Below are positions 29,471 through 44,076 of a stretch of DNA of 64,000 nucleotides, one piece after another. The stretch lies in the NCBI RefSeq assembly GCF_009914755.1, contig NC_060926.1; one strand, 5' to 3'. Origin of the DNA: the human T2T-CHM13v2.0 reference genome, Homo sapiens. Numbering within the stretch: position 1 is the first letter of the stretch; the number at the start of each line of letters is the position of its first letter. The position numbers and the translations under genes are program-made. The notes beneath the pieces are model-generated. The model did no database searches. It had not been told where the DNA came from and saw only the letters and a program-made list of their open reading frames with translations.

Positions 29471-30705
29471 TCAAGATCTGAAAGTGTTTTCTGGGTACGA
29501 TTATTGTTAGTTACATTTAAAATAAATACCTATGGCAGAGAAATATCTAGGAGCTGCAAACACAGATACTCACACAGGCCAGGCAGGAAATAATGGGGCT
29601 GGAGAGATTTGTCAAACTAGAGTGTGTCCGCACTAAACAGAGCAGCTTCTACCAATTGTTGCCATGTGGAAATGAGATCTGAGTTTTGCCAGATCTCTTG
29701 TTTTTTCAGGAAAACCTGAAAATCTAAATGTTTAGAGATTATGAGTCCCTGTGAGGGCCTCACAAGACCCTTACCTGTGTGGGTTTACTGAGCATAGGTA
29801 AGACAGCTGGGTTGAGGGGGTTGGGATGGTTGTCATGCACCCTGATCTAATGCATTCTGGTTATTGAATAAACAGTAAGAACCATAAATTAGAAAATGCT
29901 GTTTGACATTGAGCAATACATGGTTGATTACAACATTGCACTTACGTGTATATAGCTTAGTTCAGTTAATAGTGCACTTTCTTATGTCTCATATCATCTA
30001 ATTCATGTCATTAGAAAATGAAGACCTTTCCACACAGCCCATTTAAGGGTTTCTCCCTCTCATGCTGGTCTCTGCCTAGCCTTCCTTTCCTCCTCTTCTT
30101 CACTTGGAGGACTCAGCTTATCTTTCAGGGCTCAGAGAAGACTCCCACCATCCCTGTAACTGGGCTGGGACCTTGTGCCATCCTCCCTGGATCTTCCCTT
30201 TGCAGCATTGTGAAAATTGTGAATATGTAATTCTTATTCTCTGTCTTGCCGGCTAGACTCCAAGCTTCATGAGGGCAGAGAACTACATTTGTACTCTCAG
30301 TACCTACTTCAGTCTGATACACATTTTTAAAATAAATGTTTGCAGAAACAGAAACATTTGAATGAATCACATAGAAACGTGTGGGTGTGTGTATACACTA
30401 TATATATGTAATATATACATGTTCAGAGTCTTATTTTGAATAATAAGACTAATCTCTGAACATTACATATATATGTATAATATAATTAGAGTCTAAATGA
30501 GCTACTTCCTTTATTCACTGCCAAGTAGACTTGTTACTTATTTCTGAGAGCTCTTTTGAATTTCCTCTGCTAAACTGGAGACACCTCAAGTTTTAATTTT
30601 TGGGGGGTTTCTAATTGTCTTTTTCTGATATATGGAAATAATGGAGGTCTCCTCAAAATGCCCTCTTAAGACAAATGCTGTGCTTCTTCCAGACAATAGA
30701 AGAAA

Positions 30706-31169
30706 TGTGGAGATTGTAAAGATGGCCACAAAGTATCTACCTTTCTTTATCCATGCCCTTGGTTGGTTCCCTTGCACACGGCTTGGCTTTGTGACTTGTT
30801 TGGGCCAATTTACACTAACAAATATGATGCAAGCAGAGGTTTATGTATTAGGACATGTTTTATCTTGCTGCTTTTGGAAACCCTGTGATCACCATCATAT
30901 AAATAAGCCTGGGCTAGCCTGCTGTGGACATGCGGCTCAGTCATCTTCATTACTGCAGGCAACAGCCAGCACCTTCAGACAAACATGTGAGTGAGGTCAT
31001 TCCAGACCAGTCTCCAGGTGATCTGGTATCTGGCTGCAGTTGTATGAGTAAGCCCAACTCAACCTAGCAGAAGATCTGCCCAGTTGAGCCCAGCCTCTAT
31101 TTCCATTCTAACAGAATTGTGAGGTAAGCTTTGGGATGGCTTGTTCTGTAGCAAAAACTAACTTATACA
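30706..31169 (+). mobile_element. MLT1F/G/H-like MaLR LTR
   Basis: TG...AAAGATGGCCACAAA...GGCTTTGTGACTTGTTTGGGCCAAT...CTGCCCAGTTGAGCCCAGCC...TACA. Confidence 0.7.
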
Positions 31170-31864
31170 CACATTTTCAGGGCCGTGGTAATTTTTCAAC
31201 AAGACCAGACCAGGAAAACTGAATATCAATTCTCTTCTTCCTTGGACCCACCCATGCACCATCACTCTTAGCTTTATTAAAGCAGAAGCCTATTGATATT
31301 GGAAAGCAGCCTATCAGAGTCTTTCCAGGGAATCTGACTGGAGAGGACAGAGTTCCACTCTATTCTCCCAAGAGCCCTTCTCCAAATCTTATTAACACCA
31401 GAATATAGGCAGCAGATCTGAGAGGGAGGAAAGAGGAGGAAGAAAAGGGAAGATGATGGTGAGAGCCAAGATACTGGAAAAGCTCATGCAGAGCCAATGA
31501 AAGCACCCAGTGTCCTGGCATTACATCACAGTATCCTTATTATCAGAAAAAAAATCCAGTGTCAGTTTCTAGCCTCTGAAGGCTGAAGGATGAAGCCAAG
31601 CAAATATGAGACTTTGCAGTGTATCATTTTAATGTAGAGAAAACACACACATTAGAAGTGTAAGCTTGCCTTTGTTTAAGGCCCTTAAGCCTTTCTTAGC
31701 ATTTTTAGGAAAATGCACTGAGAGTAAACATTTGTTACTTTCTAAAATGCTGCTCTGAAACTTTTCATATGTTTTTGTGCTGAATCTTGATGTAGTAATT
31801 TTAAACAGCAAGAACCACACAAAATGTAGAGTGTTGTTGCAGAGCGGGGGTAGAATAGGGTGGG

Positions 31865-32400
31865 TGTTTATTGAGTGCTTGCTATTTGCCAGGACCTTAC
31901 TTCATTTAATCTTTGCAACCATCCTATGAAGTAGCTCTTTTATCTTTATTAAACAAATGAAGAAACTGAGGTTCTGAGAGGTTAAGTAACTTGGCCAAGG
32001 GGACATGGTAGCTAGTAAGGTTGCAAATTACAAACATAGACTTCAAATCTGATTCTACTCAATAGACTTGCAAACTCAGCAAAAGTACAGTACTTCTAAC
32101 ATTAGTAGTAATAATAATAATTTGTACTGAGCCCTTATGTAACATATAACTTTTTATTTAAAATAATAATAGCTGACAATTATTGAGAGCATATATGCTA
32201 ACAATGTTCTAAGCACTTTACACATAATAAATAATTTGGTATTGAAAAAAATCCCCTGTAAGGTAGGTATATTTATTATCTGTATTTTTAAGGTAATGAA
32301 ACTGAGGCATAAGGAGGGTAAGTGATTTGCCCGAAATTGCATAAGTAAGGAATAAAACATCGAATTTAGATCTGTCAAAGCCCGACTTCTATTAAACCAC
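31865..32400 (-). mobile_element. Two antisense MIRs
   Basis: ATGAAGAAACTGAGGTTCTGAGAGGTTAAGTAACTTGGCCAAGG and ATGAAACTGAGGCATAAGGAGGGTAAGTGATTTGCCC cores. Confidence 0.8.
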
Positions 32401-32525
32401 ATGTGCTCATTTTTATGTTTCTTCTAAAATAATTTTGTTGTATTTTGAAATTTTAATTATAATGGCTGCTAGTGTGCTAGGTTTCCACAAAGGAGGGTGA
32501 TCAGCCACTATTTAGACATTCTTAA

Positions 32526-32918
<393 letters not shown>

Positions 32919-33090
32919 GAACCACTTTCATAGAGCACAATGCCTGGGACATAGTAAGAGCTCAATTAATTAATATGTGCTGCCTGAATGAGTCATCAGA
33001 TATTAATAATTTGGTTCTACTCTACAAGTAGTACTACAAGGATAGACATAATACTATATAGCCCTTTGTGGTTTTTTGGTAGAAAGATAC

Positions 33091-33530
33091 TGTATTAGCT
33101 TCCTAGGGCTATGGTAACAAAATACCACAAACTGTGTGGCTTAAAACAGCAGAAATTTATTGTCTTACAGTTCTAAAGGCTGGAAGTCCAAAATCAAGCT
33201 GTCAGCAACGCCATACTTGCTCTGAAAGTGTTAAGGGAAGATATTTCCTTGCCTCTTCCTAGCTTCTGGTGGTTGTTGGCAATCCTTGGCAAACCCTGGC
33301 TATGGCCGCATCACTTCAGTCTCTGCCTCCATCTTCACAAGGATGTCTTCCCTCTGTGCATATCTGTGTCCACATTTCCTTCTTCTTCTGAGGACACCAG
33401 TCATATTGGATTTAGGGTCCAACTCTAATCCAATATGGCCTCATCTTAACTTGATTACATCTGCAAATAAGATCATATTCACAAGACCCACCTGGACTTG
33501 AATTTTTTTGGGGAAACTGTTCAACGCAGT
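33091..33530 (-). mobile_element. MLT1C-like MaLR solo LTR
   Basis: TGTATTAGCTTCCTAGGGCT...GGCTTAAAACAGCAGAAATTTATT...GGACACCAGTCATATTGGATTTAGGG. Confidence 0.88.
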
Positions 33531-35449
33531 ATCAATTCTTTAATCATTTAAAACATGTTATTCCTAATGGGGCCAAACAGAAGAGAAGGCCGGGTAGAGC
33601 ATGCTTGGTTAAAGCTGGGAAGGGCCTCCCCACCCCTAACAAAACAAAGCCCCAAACTCCATTTGGCATAGGCTTGATTTTTAAGTTCAAACACTTATGA
33701 TGGCAAAACATAGTATACCCTGTCAACTGTAATATCTTATTGTGAATACATTTTCTTTCTATGAGAGCCAATTTGGATGAGAAATGTGGAAAAAAAGCAA
33801 AAAAGCTAAAGCAAGGAAGTAGGGAGTTGTAGGGAAGTGCCACTGGCCAAGAAAAAGGGGGAAAGTTGCCAGATGCACAAAGTCTGGGTGGATCCATGCG
33901 AAGATCAAAGAGACAATAAACTTAGAACAAAAGACAGCTGCAAGAAGAGGCCTTTCTGTTGGACATTTGTGGAGGCATCTGATTATAGGCACCAAGACCT
34001 ATCACTGGCCAACAAATGGATCAGAGGGAAGACCTCTGAAGATTTTACAAAATAAAGCAAGAAAGCCACTTGGAATGAGTAGAGTCAGAGACCCAAGCAG
34101 GGATAAAGTGACCCTTCAAAAATGTACAGGGTTCCCTAAGAGAAAGATGCTGTCTACATATGAGTTAGTATTTTCCTATTTCTTTCTGCTCAAACACCAG
34201 GCACTCATGGAAGAGTCTGCATCCCTGGCAAATCAGATATGGTGCTATGCCTGGGAAGTCTAAGTGGGTTGTGGCATAATCCTGTTTGGAACTCCCCCTA
34301 CTGGAGTGAGGAACCACACGTGGTAACCATACCATGTGGCCACTGCCATGGGGCAGGGTGCAGTGGGAGAGAAAAGAGGGCATTACTAGCCTTGAGGTAG
34401 AGTCTGGGAGGGGCACCCTCTCATGGTTGGTGGTCTCTGCAGACCTCTCCAGACCACCTCTAGGAGACATCAGGGAGTGACAGAAAGAACATGGACCAGC
34501 AGTTGGAATAGCTGCATGGCCTTGGATGAATTACTTACACGGCCTAAATTTCCACTGAAAAAAATTAAATGAAAATAGTCACGTAATACCACCATTCTAG
34601 GTACATAGTCTGTGCTCAAAATTTGTTGTTCTTTCTTGCTTTCCTTGATCACCAATTTTATTCTTCAGATAAGCCTGTGCTGTGATCTAAATTTCTTTAG
34701 CTGAGTTCAGAAATGTTAATCCTAACTTTATTTGATTTGTAAGAAACTCCTGATTCATCTGGGGTCTAAAGTTTCATTATGGTTTTGATTTAAGGATTTA
34801 GATTAGCAGAGGTGGAGCAAAATATGCATTCCATAGCTGAGCAAATGGGATGCTGCTAGGATTTAAATGTGAATAAATACATAGCTTTCATGTTCTTCCC
34901 AGTTCAATTGTGCTCTGCTGTGTATTGTAGGATTTTTTTTTTAATACTCCATATTAAAGAGGGGTTTCTCTTTTGCGTTTGGATATTCTTGTGCAGGAGA
35001 AAGGGGGTAGGGTGGTGGGTGAGGATTATCAAACAATCTTCTAGGTAAATTTGGTGATACTGTTAATAAAGAGTTTAAAATGCTAATTAAGCTCCTTGTT
35101 TAACCAGTCCAAACTTTCCTCAGGATGTTTTACAATACCAATGATTAAAAGTTGCAAAGGTGTAAACTTCTCTGGGCGATATTCTTTTTTTCAATAACGC
35201 AAATGATCTTTCTAGCTCTTATAACATCACTTAAAAATGGATTTGATTACTTCTAAGCTGTAAAAAAATAGAATCATAAATATGCTCATTTCCCACAGTG
35301 GAGGGGGGACAGACAGGAAGAAGAGCAAAAGAATACATCAGATTTTTAAGTAAGCAGTCACAAAAGACCTTTAAATAACTTCCTACCATATTTTATTATC
35401 TTCTCTCTGTTTTACAGCATTATCTACCATAGAAATGCAGAGAGATTTG

Positions 35450-38100
35450 TAAAACACTATAGCATTTAAGTCATTACATTTTATAGCTAATTTCTAATGT
35501 GGATTTGATTTTTTACGAGCAGAAAAAGAATCTAATTTGCATTAGTGACAGTAACTAGAGAAATTTAACACCTGGCTCTGGTTGTACCAGAAATTGAATA
35601 TTAGGTACTTGGGTGCTAAAAACCCATTCAGATTTTCAAGGGGGATTTTTCATTTATTTATATGCTGCTCTCATGTTTACCATTACAAAACTGTTCATAT
35701 TATGATGGAAGAAAACTCACTGCCTGCAAAAATTCTGGATATGTGTTTTTCATCCTCTGCAAGAGAAACAGAACTATTTACCCATTAGCGACAACACACC
35801 CTGAAAAAAACACCACCATTTCATGCATCTAAAAAAATATATCACAGCGGCCCCTGTGAGAAGCGCTTTGATTCCTGCTGTCCTCTCCCATCTCCCCCCA
35901 GCTCCTCAACTCCAAGCTTCCCTTTATTTTCTCTTCCCCCTCCTCCTCCCAAGCACCCTCCTTGTGGCTGTTTCCCCAGTAGAAGCTTGAGTGCTGTGTT
36001 TCCAAGCAAAATTAAACCTCTGCTAAGAAGATCACATTGTTGTTACAAGAGCAATCCATATGTTTATAAAGTGTAGAAAATTAGGAACTGCAAAAGAGGC
36101 GAAGCTGGTGTTAAATGATATGGGAAGTGACACTTTACATACCCAGTTACAATTAACACATTGATGGCATTTTGCTGGCTCCTTGCAGTGATAATGCTGT
36201 TGTCAAATGTGTTTAGTGCACCAAATCTCCTGGAGCCTTCAGCCAGGCAGCGAGCTTTTGACAGATTGAAGGTTCGGAGATAGGCTATCATGACAGATGG
36301 AAACTGGCACCGATGTTCAGCTTTCGCCCATCACAGGGGACCTGCCCCCCTTATTCTGCAGGGCTCAGCTCTGCAACCTTCCCCCTTCTGATGAAAGCAG
36401 GGGATGGCATTGTTAAATAGTGCATCTGTGTGAGTTAGACTTCTCTGATGAAAGCATAAGGCAGACGCGCTGTGAAGCAAAAGACAGCCTCTGCTCTAAC
36501 TGCATTTTAGATAGACTTGAGGAAGACCCTAGGGAGCTGGGAGAAAACTTTGGTAAATTTCAGACAAAAAGGGAAAAAAGACCACCCATTAATTTTCTCT
36601 CTGCAAGATATAAAAATGCATCTCTGATGTAAAATCTGAATTAATGACTTTCATAAATAGTTCCCCAAGCTAGGACTCTTTATGGAGTCATGTGGATGTA
36701 TTTTTCTTCTATCATCATTATTTCCTTGTTATTAATCAATTAATTCCTAAACAATCCAAAGAAATCTGTAAAAAGGTGCCCAGGGCAGTTGTGAATCCTC
36801 TACATGTAGGAAACCAATTCAGTTACTCTGAGATGCTCTTCATGACCCTGGGATGGGTTCTTGAGTCTCGGTTTTAAAATCCAGGTCCACGGCAGACAGA
36901 GCTTTACACAGCTGGGCATAAACGGGAGGATAATATAGTTAATTAACCTTTCACCCGCTCCCCACCAACCCTCTTTTAAAGAAAAACGTCATTTTATTTC
37001 AAATGCCTATTTATTTCAAAGGCTTTCACTTCGGCCTTTACAGCTCTTTCTTCTTCTTGCTGACAAATTCTTCTTTAATTTCCCTAAACTGGCTGAAGAG
37101 TCCTCTTTCTTTGCAGTCTTAATCTTCGATTCTGCTCTCGCCCATACAGGTTGGGAGCAGCAAGTACTGCAGCCCATTTGAGGTATGATAATCAGCTGAT
37201 TAGCTAGTGGAGTCGTTTTCCCTGAGGCTCTTTTGTGTGCAAAATCCTCACACTCAATTGACATGTGGACATCATAAAGCTGATGAAATGCAATTGTAAT
37301 GAACAAGAGGGAGCGGCATCTGCAGCCGTCTAAATGAAGGACCCTTTCCTCTCGCCATGCTAATTCAGAAAATCTGCTCTTAACGTGTACTCCCCCTGGA
37401 TTCCAAATTGAGGCACATCTCCATGAATGCATATTCAAGGAGTGAATTAGCCTCTGTGGCAAGTGAGCGCCTAGCCTGGCCAGACTGATTCTAATTTCAA
37501 GACAGATTATACTGCATCAACCATAGTAATGATCTGACAGTTCATTTGTGATGAGAGTCCTACAGTCAGCTTTACTGCTCGGACAGACAGGTGCACAGAG
37601 AGAGCCAGCAAGACCTCTCAGAAAACACCAAAGGCTGCTGTCAAATGATTTCAGCCCAAATAGCCAGATGAAGGAGAAAAGAGGTAATGCATTAAAAAAA
37701 TTAATAAGTTCTCATATGGAAACCTAGCTGTAATGGCGGTCAATGGGTGTTCTCCTACCTATTATAGGTTCATGTACACTCAGCAGTGGTTCAATTAGGA
37801 AGAGAGAGGTGAGATTTCCCTCCCACAGCCCTTTTCAGAAAACCACATCACTTGCTAAGAAATTTTCAAGCAAATAAAACTTGGCACACAAGTTTTGTTT
37901 TTTTTTTCTAATTGAATTTCACATGAATCAGTTTGTATGAAGAAAAACTGCAGTACTAGGAAGAGAAGCTGTTCATTTCTACTGCCTACTCTGCGACAGT
38001 TGCTAATATAATATGACAGGTTTGTTCATCACTATTTTGGATCACCTTTGGGTTTTCTGCACTATTCTTTCTATTAATAAATGTTAATTAATGATGGTAA
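35450..38100. promoter_or_regulatory. Candidate conserved enhancer block
   Basis: No recognisable transposon over ~2.6 kb; clustered TGACAG, octamer, E-box and TAAT motifs. Function is inferred only. Confidence 0.4.
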
Positions 38101-39296
38101 GGAATGCTTGCCTTTATATCCAAAAACTCAATGCACTTTTCAGACATTGATTTATCTTTGAGAGTTAGAAAGAGGGCAAGTATTAGCACTATTATTTTTA
38201 CAGGGTGGAAATAGAATCATGGTGATAAAGTGACTTGTGCAAGGTCACACTGCAAGCCAGTCCCAGATCGCTGCGTTGAACTAATTTTCACCCCTCTCTA
38301 CAGCTCTAGACACAGAAAATACTCCAGGGAAAGGTGTTGTTAATCCAATGTTAAGGAGACTCCTTCATAAGCATTGCTAATAAATAATAGCACATGCCTT
38401 AAAAGCAAATGAACAAGACAAGCTTAATAAGGACTGTTGTCACTATCGGGCAATCCACCCAGTGTCTGTACAGTTCACACAGAGGTCCTTGTCAAGGAGC
38501 CCGTTTCTGAGATTACAAGAGTTACTCCTTGGCCTCTTTATGCTTCTCTTCAGCCTTCACATTGACCTTGATCTATAGCCTTTCAATTCAGTTTAACTCA
38601 ATAACAGTGCAGTGTGTGCCTGTAGACATGATCATAGATTATTCTGCTTCCTCCAGTGTGTTTAGAGGCAAAATTTGGGATGGCTGATGAGAGCTGTTAT
38701 TGTATATAGCCCCTCCTCTAGCAATCAGGAGTTACTTGTCAGATCACCGACTCCACTGTGGGCAAAGCAGTGCAGTAGTTACTTTAGAGAGGTAAGAAAA
38801 ATGAGACAAGTTTGTTTCCAAAGACAAACATGCCTAACATTAACATACAGGAAAGACAGATATGCATGTTAGCAAACAAACCTAAAAGTGCAAATCTCAT
38901 TCCAATGTGCAGAGATATGTATGCCGCTATAATCTATCAACTGGCTATCTTCCAAAATCTACTTGTGAATCAGTTGTTTCAAACTCACATTGCATAATCC
39001 TATGGAAGCTGAGTTTTAAATGGTGGTTAGGTTCTCAGGCCAGGTGTTTAAGCCATATTTAACCTACATCATAGCTGCACAGGCTACTAATGGCACCCAC
39101 ACAGGTGTGGCTGAGAGAGTTCCACTGCACTGAAGGGAATGCTTGAGCACTGAGATCAGGCAGCTTGTGTTTAAATCTCATCTCTGCTGCTTACCATTTT
39201 AGTATTCTGTAAAGGCAATTTAATCTCTCTGACCCTCCATTTTATCATCTGTGAAAGAGATTGATAATAGTTACCTCATAAAATTGTTGTTAGAGG

Positions 39297-39631
<335 letters not shown>

Positions 39632-39747
39632 TCAAATACTTGGCCTGATAGAAAGTGCTCAATAAATGCCAAGCAGAAGTAATAGGATAGTTTACATATT
39701 TTATATTTTTCTCATTTGTTTTATTTTTCCCATTTGTTTAAGAGAAG

Positions 39748-39978
39748 GCATTATAACCTAGAGGTTAAGATTCGGATTCCAAAGACAGAATGGCTTTAAG
39801 TTCTGGCCCTGCCACTTACCAGCTGTGTGACCTTGGGCTTGTTACTTAGTCTCTCTGTTTCTCATCTGTAGAATGAGGATACTATTAGTATCTATCTCAT
39901 AGGACTGTCCTAAAGATTAAGTTAACATAGGCAAAATTCCTGCCTTGTAAATACAATATAAGTAAATGTAGCTATCAT
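39748..39978 (+). mobile_element. MIR
   Basis: CTGCCACTTACCAGCTGTGTGACCTTGGGC...TTTCTCATCTGTAGAATG. Confidence 0.85.
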
Positions 39979-40273
39979 AAGGATACCACGGCCTATTATT
40001 GGCAATGACAAATGAGCAGGAAACCAAAGCCCAGTTGGAGATTAATGACTGTCTCAAGGTTACTGTTAGTAAATAATGATCTGAGACTCCAGGTTGGTCT
40101 TCTAATCCCTAGTCACATGCTCTTTCGAGGTCACGGTGTTTCCTCCACCATGTCCCTGTGAAGCATCCTGGAGTGTTGCTCAACATTTATTGAGTACTCA
40201 CTGGGTGTGCAGCATCAGGCTGGTTCCAGTAGAGTTTGCTTAAAAAAGAGAAGTTGTGCTCTAGACTCTAAAC

Positions 40274-40600
40274 CAAGGGTTGGCAAACTATGGCCACCAG
40301 TCAAAGCAGACTGCTGCTTGTTTTTCTATGGCCTGTGAGCTAAGCATGGGTTTAACATTTTAAAATATTTGAAAAAATTCAAGATTCAGAAGAATATTTT
40401 TGTGACATGTGAAAATTATACGAAATCAAAATTTTTGTCTCTGTAAATGAAGTATCATTGGAACACAGTCACAACTATTTGTTTACATATTGATTATAGG
40501 TGCTTTTATGCCACAACAGCAGAGATGAGTAGTTGTGACCAAGATCCGATAACCAAAATATTTACTATCTAACCTTTTACAGTAAATGTTTACAGACCTC
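40274..40600. mobile_element. MER58B-like hAT element
   Basis: CAAGGGTTGGCAAACTATGGCC...GGCCTGTGAGCTAAG...CAACAGCAGAGATGAGTAGTTGTGAC. Confidence 0.8.
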
Positions 40601-40769
40601 TAGACTAGACCCAAGAAGACTGATTCTGGCTTATCACTGAGAGGGCTTAAGAGGTTCAGTGATCTCACTGAAGGTACACACACTGAGCCTAGAGTGGCTA
40701 AGATCATATAGTTGTTTTCTGCCATTTGAGTACTGTCTTAACATTATGCTCTGAAATACATTGGAGGTA

Positions 40770-40992
40770 CAGGGTTGGAGTTCATAGGAACTAGCCTGTC
40801 TGGATCTAATTCCAGTTCTTCCACTTGCTAGTTGTGTGACCTTAGGCAAGTTACTTAGTTTTTCTTTGTGTCTTGGTTTTCTCATCTATAAAATGGGGTT
40901 ATTTTGAGAATTATGTAGTCTTTTACATAAAAAGCATGTTGAAGACTGCCTTGCACATTGTCAGTACTATGCTAGTGTTAGCCATTATTATT
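40770..40992 (+). mobile_element. MIR
   Basis: CCACTTGCTAGTTGTGTGACCTTAGGCAAGTTACTTA...CTCATCTATAAAATGGGG. Confidence 0.85.
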
Positions 40993-41418
40993 TTTGAAGT
41001 CTTATGAGTCTTTGGCAAAAGAGAAAGATACCCTCCTCAGAACCGTGGGCAGTATATGCCGAAGTCCCTCCTTCCCCTGGCTGTCCTGATCAAAATGCTG
41101 ACTCAGCCTTTAGGGTAGCCCGGAGGTCTATGTTTTTCCTGTCAAACTTTCCTGGACTCTGTTTAGTTCTTTGTGCTTCTATAGAACATCGTACAGCCCT
41201 CCTTTCAAGCCCTTGTACTGAAGGTATTTTTTATACTGATTCTTAAAGAATTATACAAATTTTTGCCTATATTACATGGTAAGCTCATGGAAGAAAAAGG
41301 TTTTCTCACTTTTATCCTCATAGTCCCTGTTACGTAGACTATTTGGTATATGGTAGTATCATAGTATTGGTAAATATTTGGTGAATTACAGAATAAATAA
41401 TAGGCCAGGTTTCCTTAG

Positions 41419-41724
<306 letters not shown>

Positions 41725-42624
41725 AAGAACTTTTTAAAAAATGTGTGCAAGTTTTCTAAATATGGTAATACTTTAACTCTAGAAGGTGCTAGCTTGCAAT
41801 GCAATTAGATGGGGGTGGGGAGGTTTGAGGTTTAAAATAAAAGGTAGATAGATACTTCCACTTCCTAAATTTAGAGATCACAGAGCAGAAATTCTTGGTC
41901 TGAGGAGAGGCTTTGTATGAATTGGTTAAGATACCCGCCAACCGGTGATGTGATTATATGCAGGGCACTTACTGACTTTGGACTTTTGCATTGAATTGAA
42001 AAAACCAGGAAAACATTCAATGGATAATCACTAAGGCCTCTTCTACTCTCCAGACTATGATTTTACCTTCTCCCAGCAAACTCACAAAATTCTGCTCACC
42101 TGTGAGCAAGGCTTCCACATAATGCTGGTGGGTAGAAGCTTTCTGAACCTGAGTTTGGGAAGTAAAGAGTAAAGTGATTGCTTGGGGTGTCCACATAGGA
42201 TGAGAGGCCAGAAATGACTCTATAAAAGAGGTGGGGGCTGGGTCATGCTAGGCTTTGGGTGCTGTGTGAAGTGAGGAGTATGGATTTGACGTGGACAGCA
42301 GAAGCCAATGGGTGGTGTTAAGTAGTGGAGTCCTTTGTGTTTTAGAACAAGAACTCTGACCGCAGTGTGAAAACTGGGTTAGAGAGGCAGAATGAGAGCC
42401 AACATACAGCAGTGCCACAGGGGTTATGGGTTAGAGAGGTTGTTAAGAGGTTGGACTTTGGATTTGGGTATTAGGAGAAAGCTGAGCATTTGAGCAAATG
42501 AATACCATTTATGTGATGGGCAATAAGAAAAAATATGTATGGTCAACTTTTACTTCTTCTAATATATTCTTAATTAAGAAAAATTCATGGATTTATATAC
42601 TTGTGGAATCACACTGGTGCCAAT

Positions 42625-42838
42625 ACAGGGTGGTGGCTAAGAACTCAGGCCTTGGATTTGAATCTCAATTCTTAATTAGCTCTGAGATCTTGGGTAATCA
42701 CTTCAGTTCTTTAAGCCTTAATTTCCTTAGCTGTATCTCCCAAGGTCATAGTGAGAATGAAATAAAATGATGCCTATTAAAGTGCATATCAGAGGGCCTG
42801 GTAACCAGCAAGCAGTAGATTAATGTTGGCTATTATTA
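42625..42838 (+). mobile_element. MIR
   Basis: GTGGTGGCTAAGAACTCAGGC...AATGTTGGCTATTATT. Confidence 0.7.
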
Positions 42839-43957
42839 CTAGAGTGCATTGGGTTTGCTCCAGCTGCAATCTCCTGAAGACTTCAACTATGTTTTCATTC
42901 TAGAAGGTTAACATGTAGAAGGCTCAGGCTTAGACTCTTCTGAGCAAACTGGATTTTTGAAAAACTAGATGACTAAAATAAAAGTTTAAAATGTCTATTC
43001 TAATAAGAGTTTAATCCTTAGAAATACTGAAACAATTGAATGGAGCTATTTGGTTAAATTAAATGCAGTTCTTTGGAATCAGTTTAAATGCATGGATTGT
43101 TACTCAAAGGTTCCAAAGATCTCCACTTGCCTGCTTGGGAAGCAGCAAACAAGGTCAGTATTGATAGCTCACGCTTCAGTGAGTGTATCAATTTAAAGCT
43201 TCATCAGTGATTCTCACTCATCTGCAGCCCTGCATGGCTGTTGTCTTGTAAGAATTAAGTAACTTCTTCACTTGTGCTCTAATGAGCCTATTGTTTCTCT
43301 GGAAGAACACAAACACCTGAGTACAAGCACAAACTGAAGGCACAAATAAGAGAGTGCAGATTTCAGCCAGGCATTTTTTTTTTTTATTCTCTGCACTTTC
43401 CAGTTGCTTTGCCAGCCCGGTGGTGTCCTGCCTCCCTCTTTCTGTGGTCCATGTGAGACGGGGTGAACACAGTGATGAAAGCCCTGAGCAGTGCCGTTCA
43501 GGTCCTCCTGTCCACTTCAAAGAGCTCTGGTTACGGCTGCTTCATCTACCGTGTGGGGTTCATATGTGTGACCTTTTAGAATTTTAACATTAGTCCTTGC
43601 TTACCTCCTGCCACCAGAAAGAGCCTTCTCAGTGAAGATTGCCATCCTCTCCATTCCCAGTTTATATGCACAAGTAGGATGAACCTGTGGCAGTGGGGAG
43701 GGGGCACGGAGCCCACCCACAAAGAGGGCCTCCTGGAGACGCCAACCAGGAAGTTCTTGTTGTTCTACCCAGGAAGGCTTTAGTCCTGTTTTTCTGTTAC
43801 CATAATTCAAGGTTAGTTTCCATGTCCTCTACACACAACATACACGGTATCATAAGCAAGAGATGAAAAGTTGGAAATTAGGACCTTTTAGGATTTGGAG
43901 CCAACACCCTCCATGGAGATATAGTGAGTTAAAAACACACACAACCCCAAAACTATT

Positions 43958-43960
<3 letters not shown>

Positions 43961-44004
<44 letters not shown>

Positions 44005-44076
44005 ATCTACCTACCTGCATACCATCTATCCTATATATGTATAAATCTGTGTGTGTGTGTGTGTGCGTGTGTGTGT
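43961..44076. repeat. (TATC)n tetranucleotide STR (~11 units) followed by (TG)n
   Basis: Seen directly. Confidence 0.97.

Noticed and set aside
37016-37462. 148-aa minus-strand ORF in unique DNA
   Set aside because: Non-ATG start, no recognisable domain or exon structure; length is compatible with chance in 64 kb
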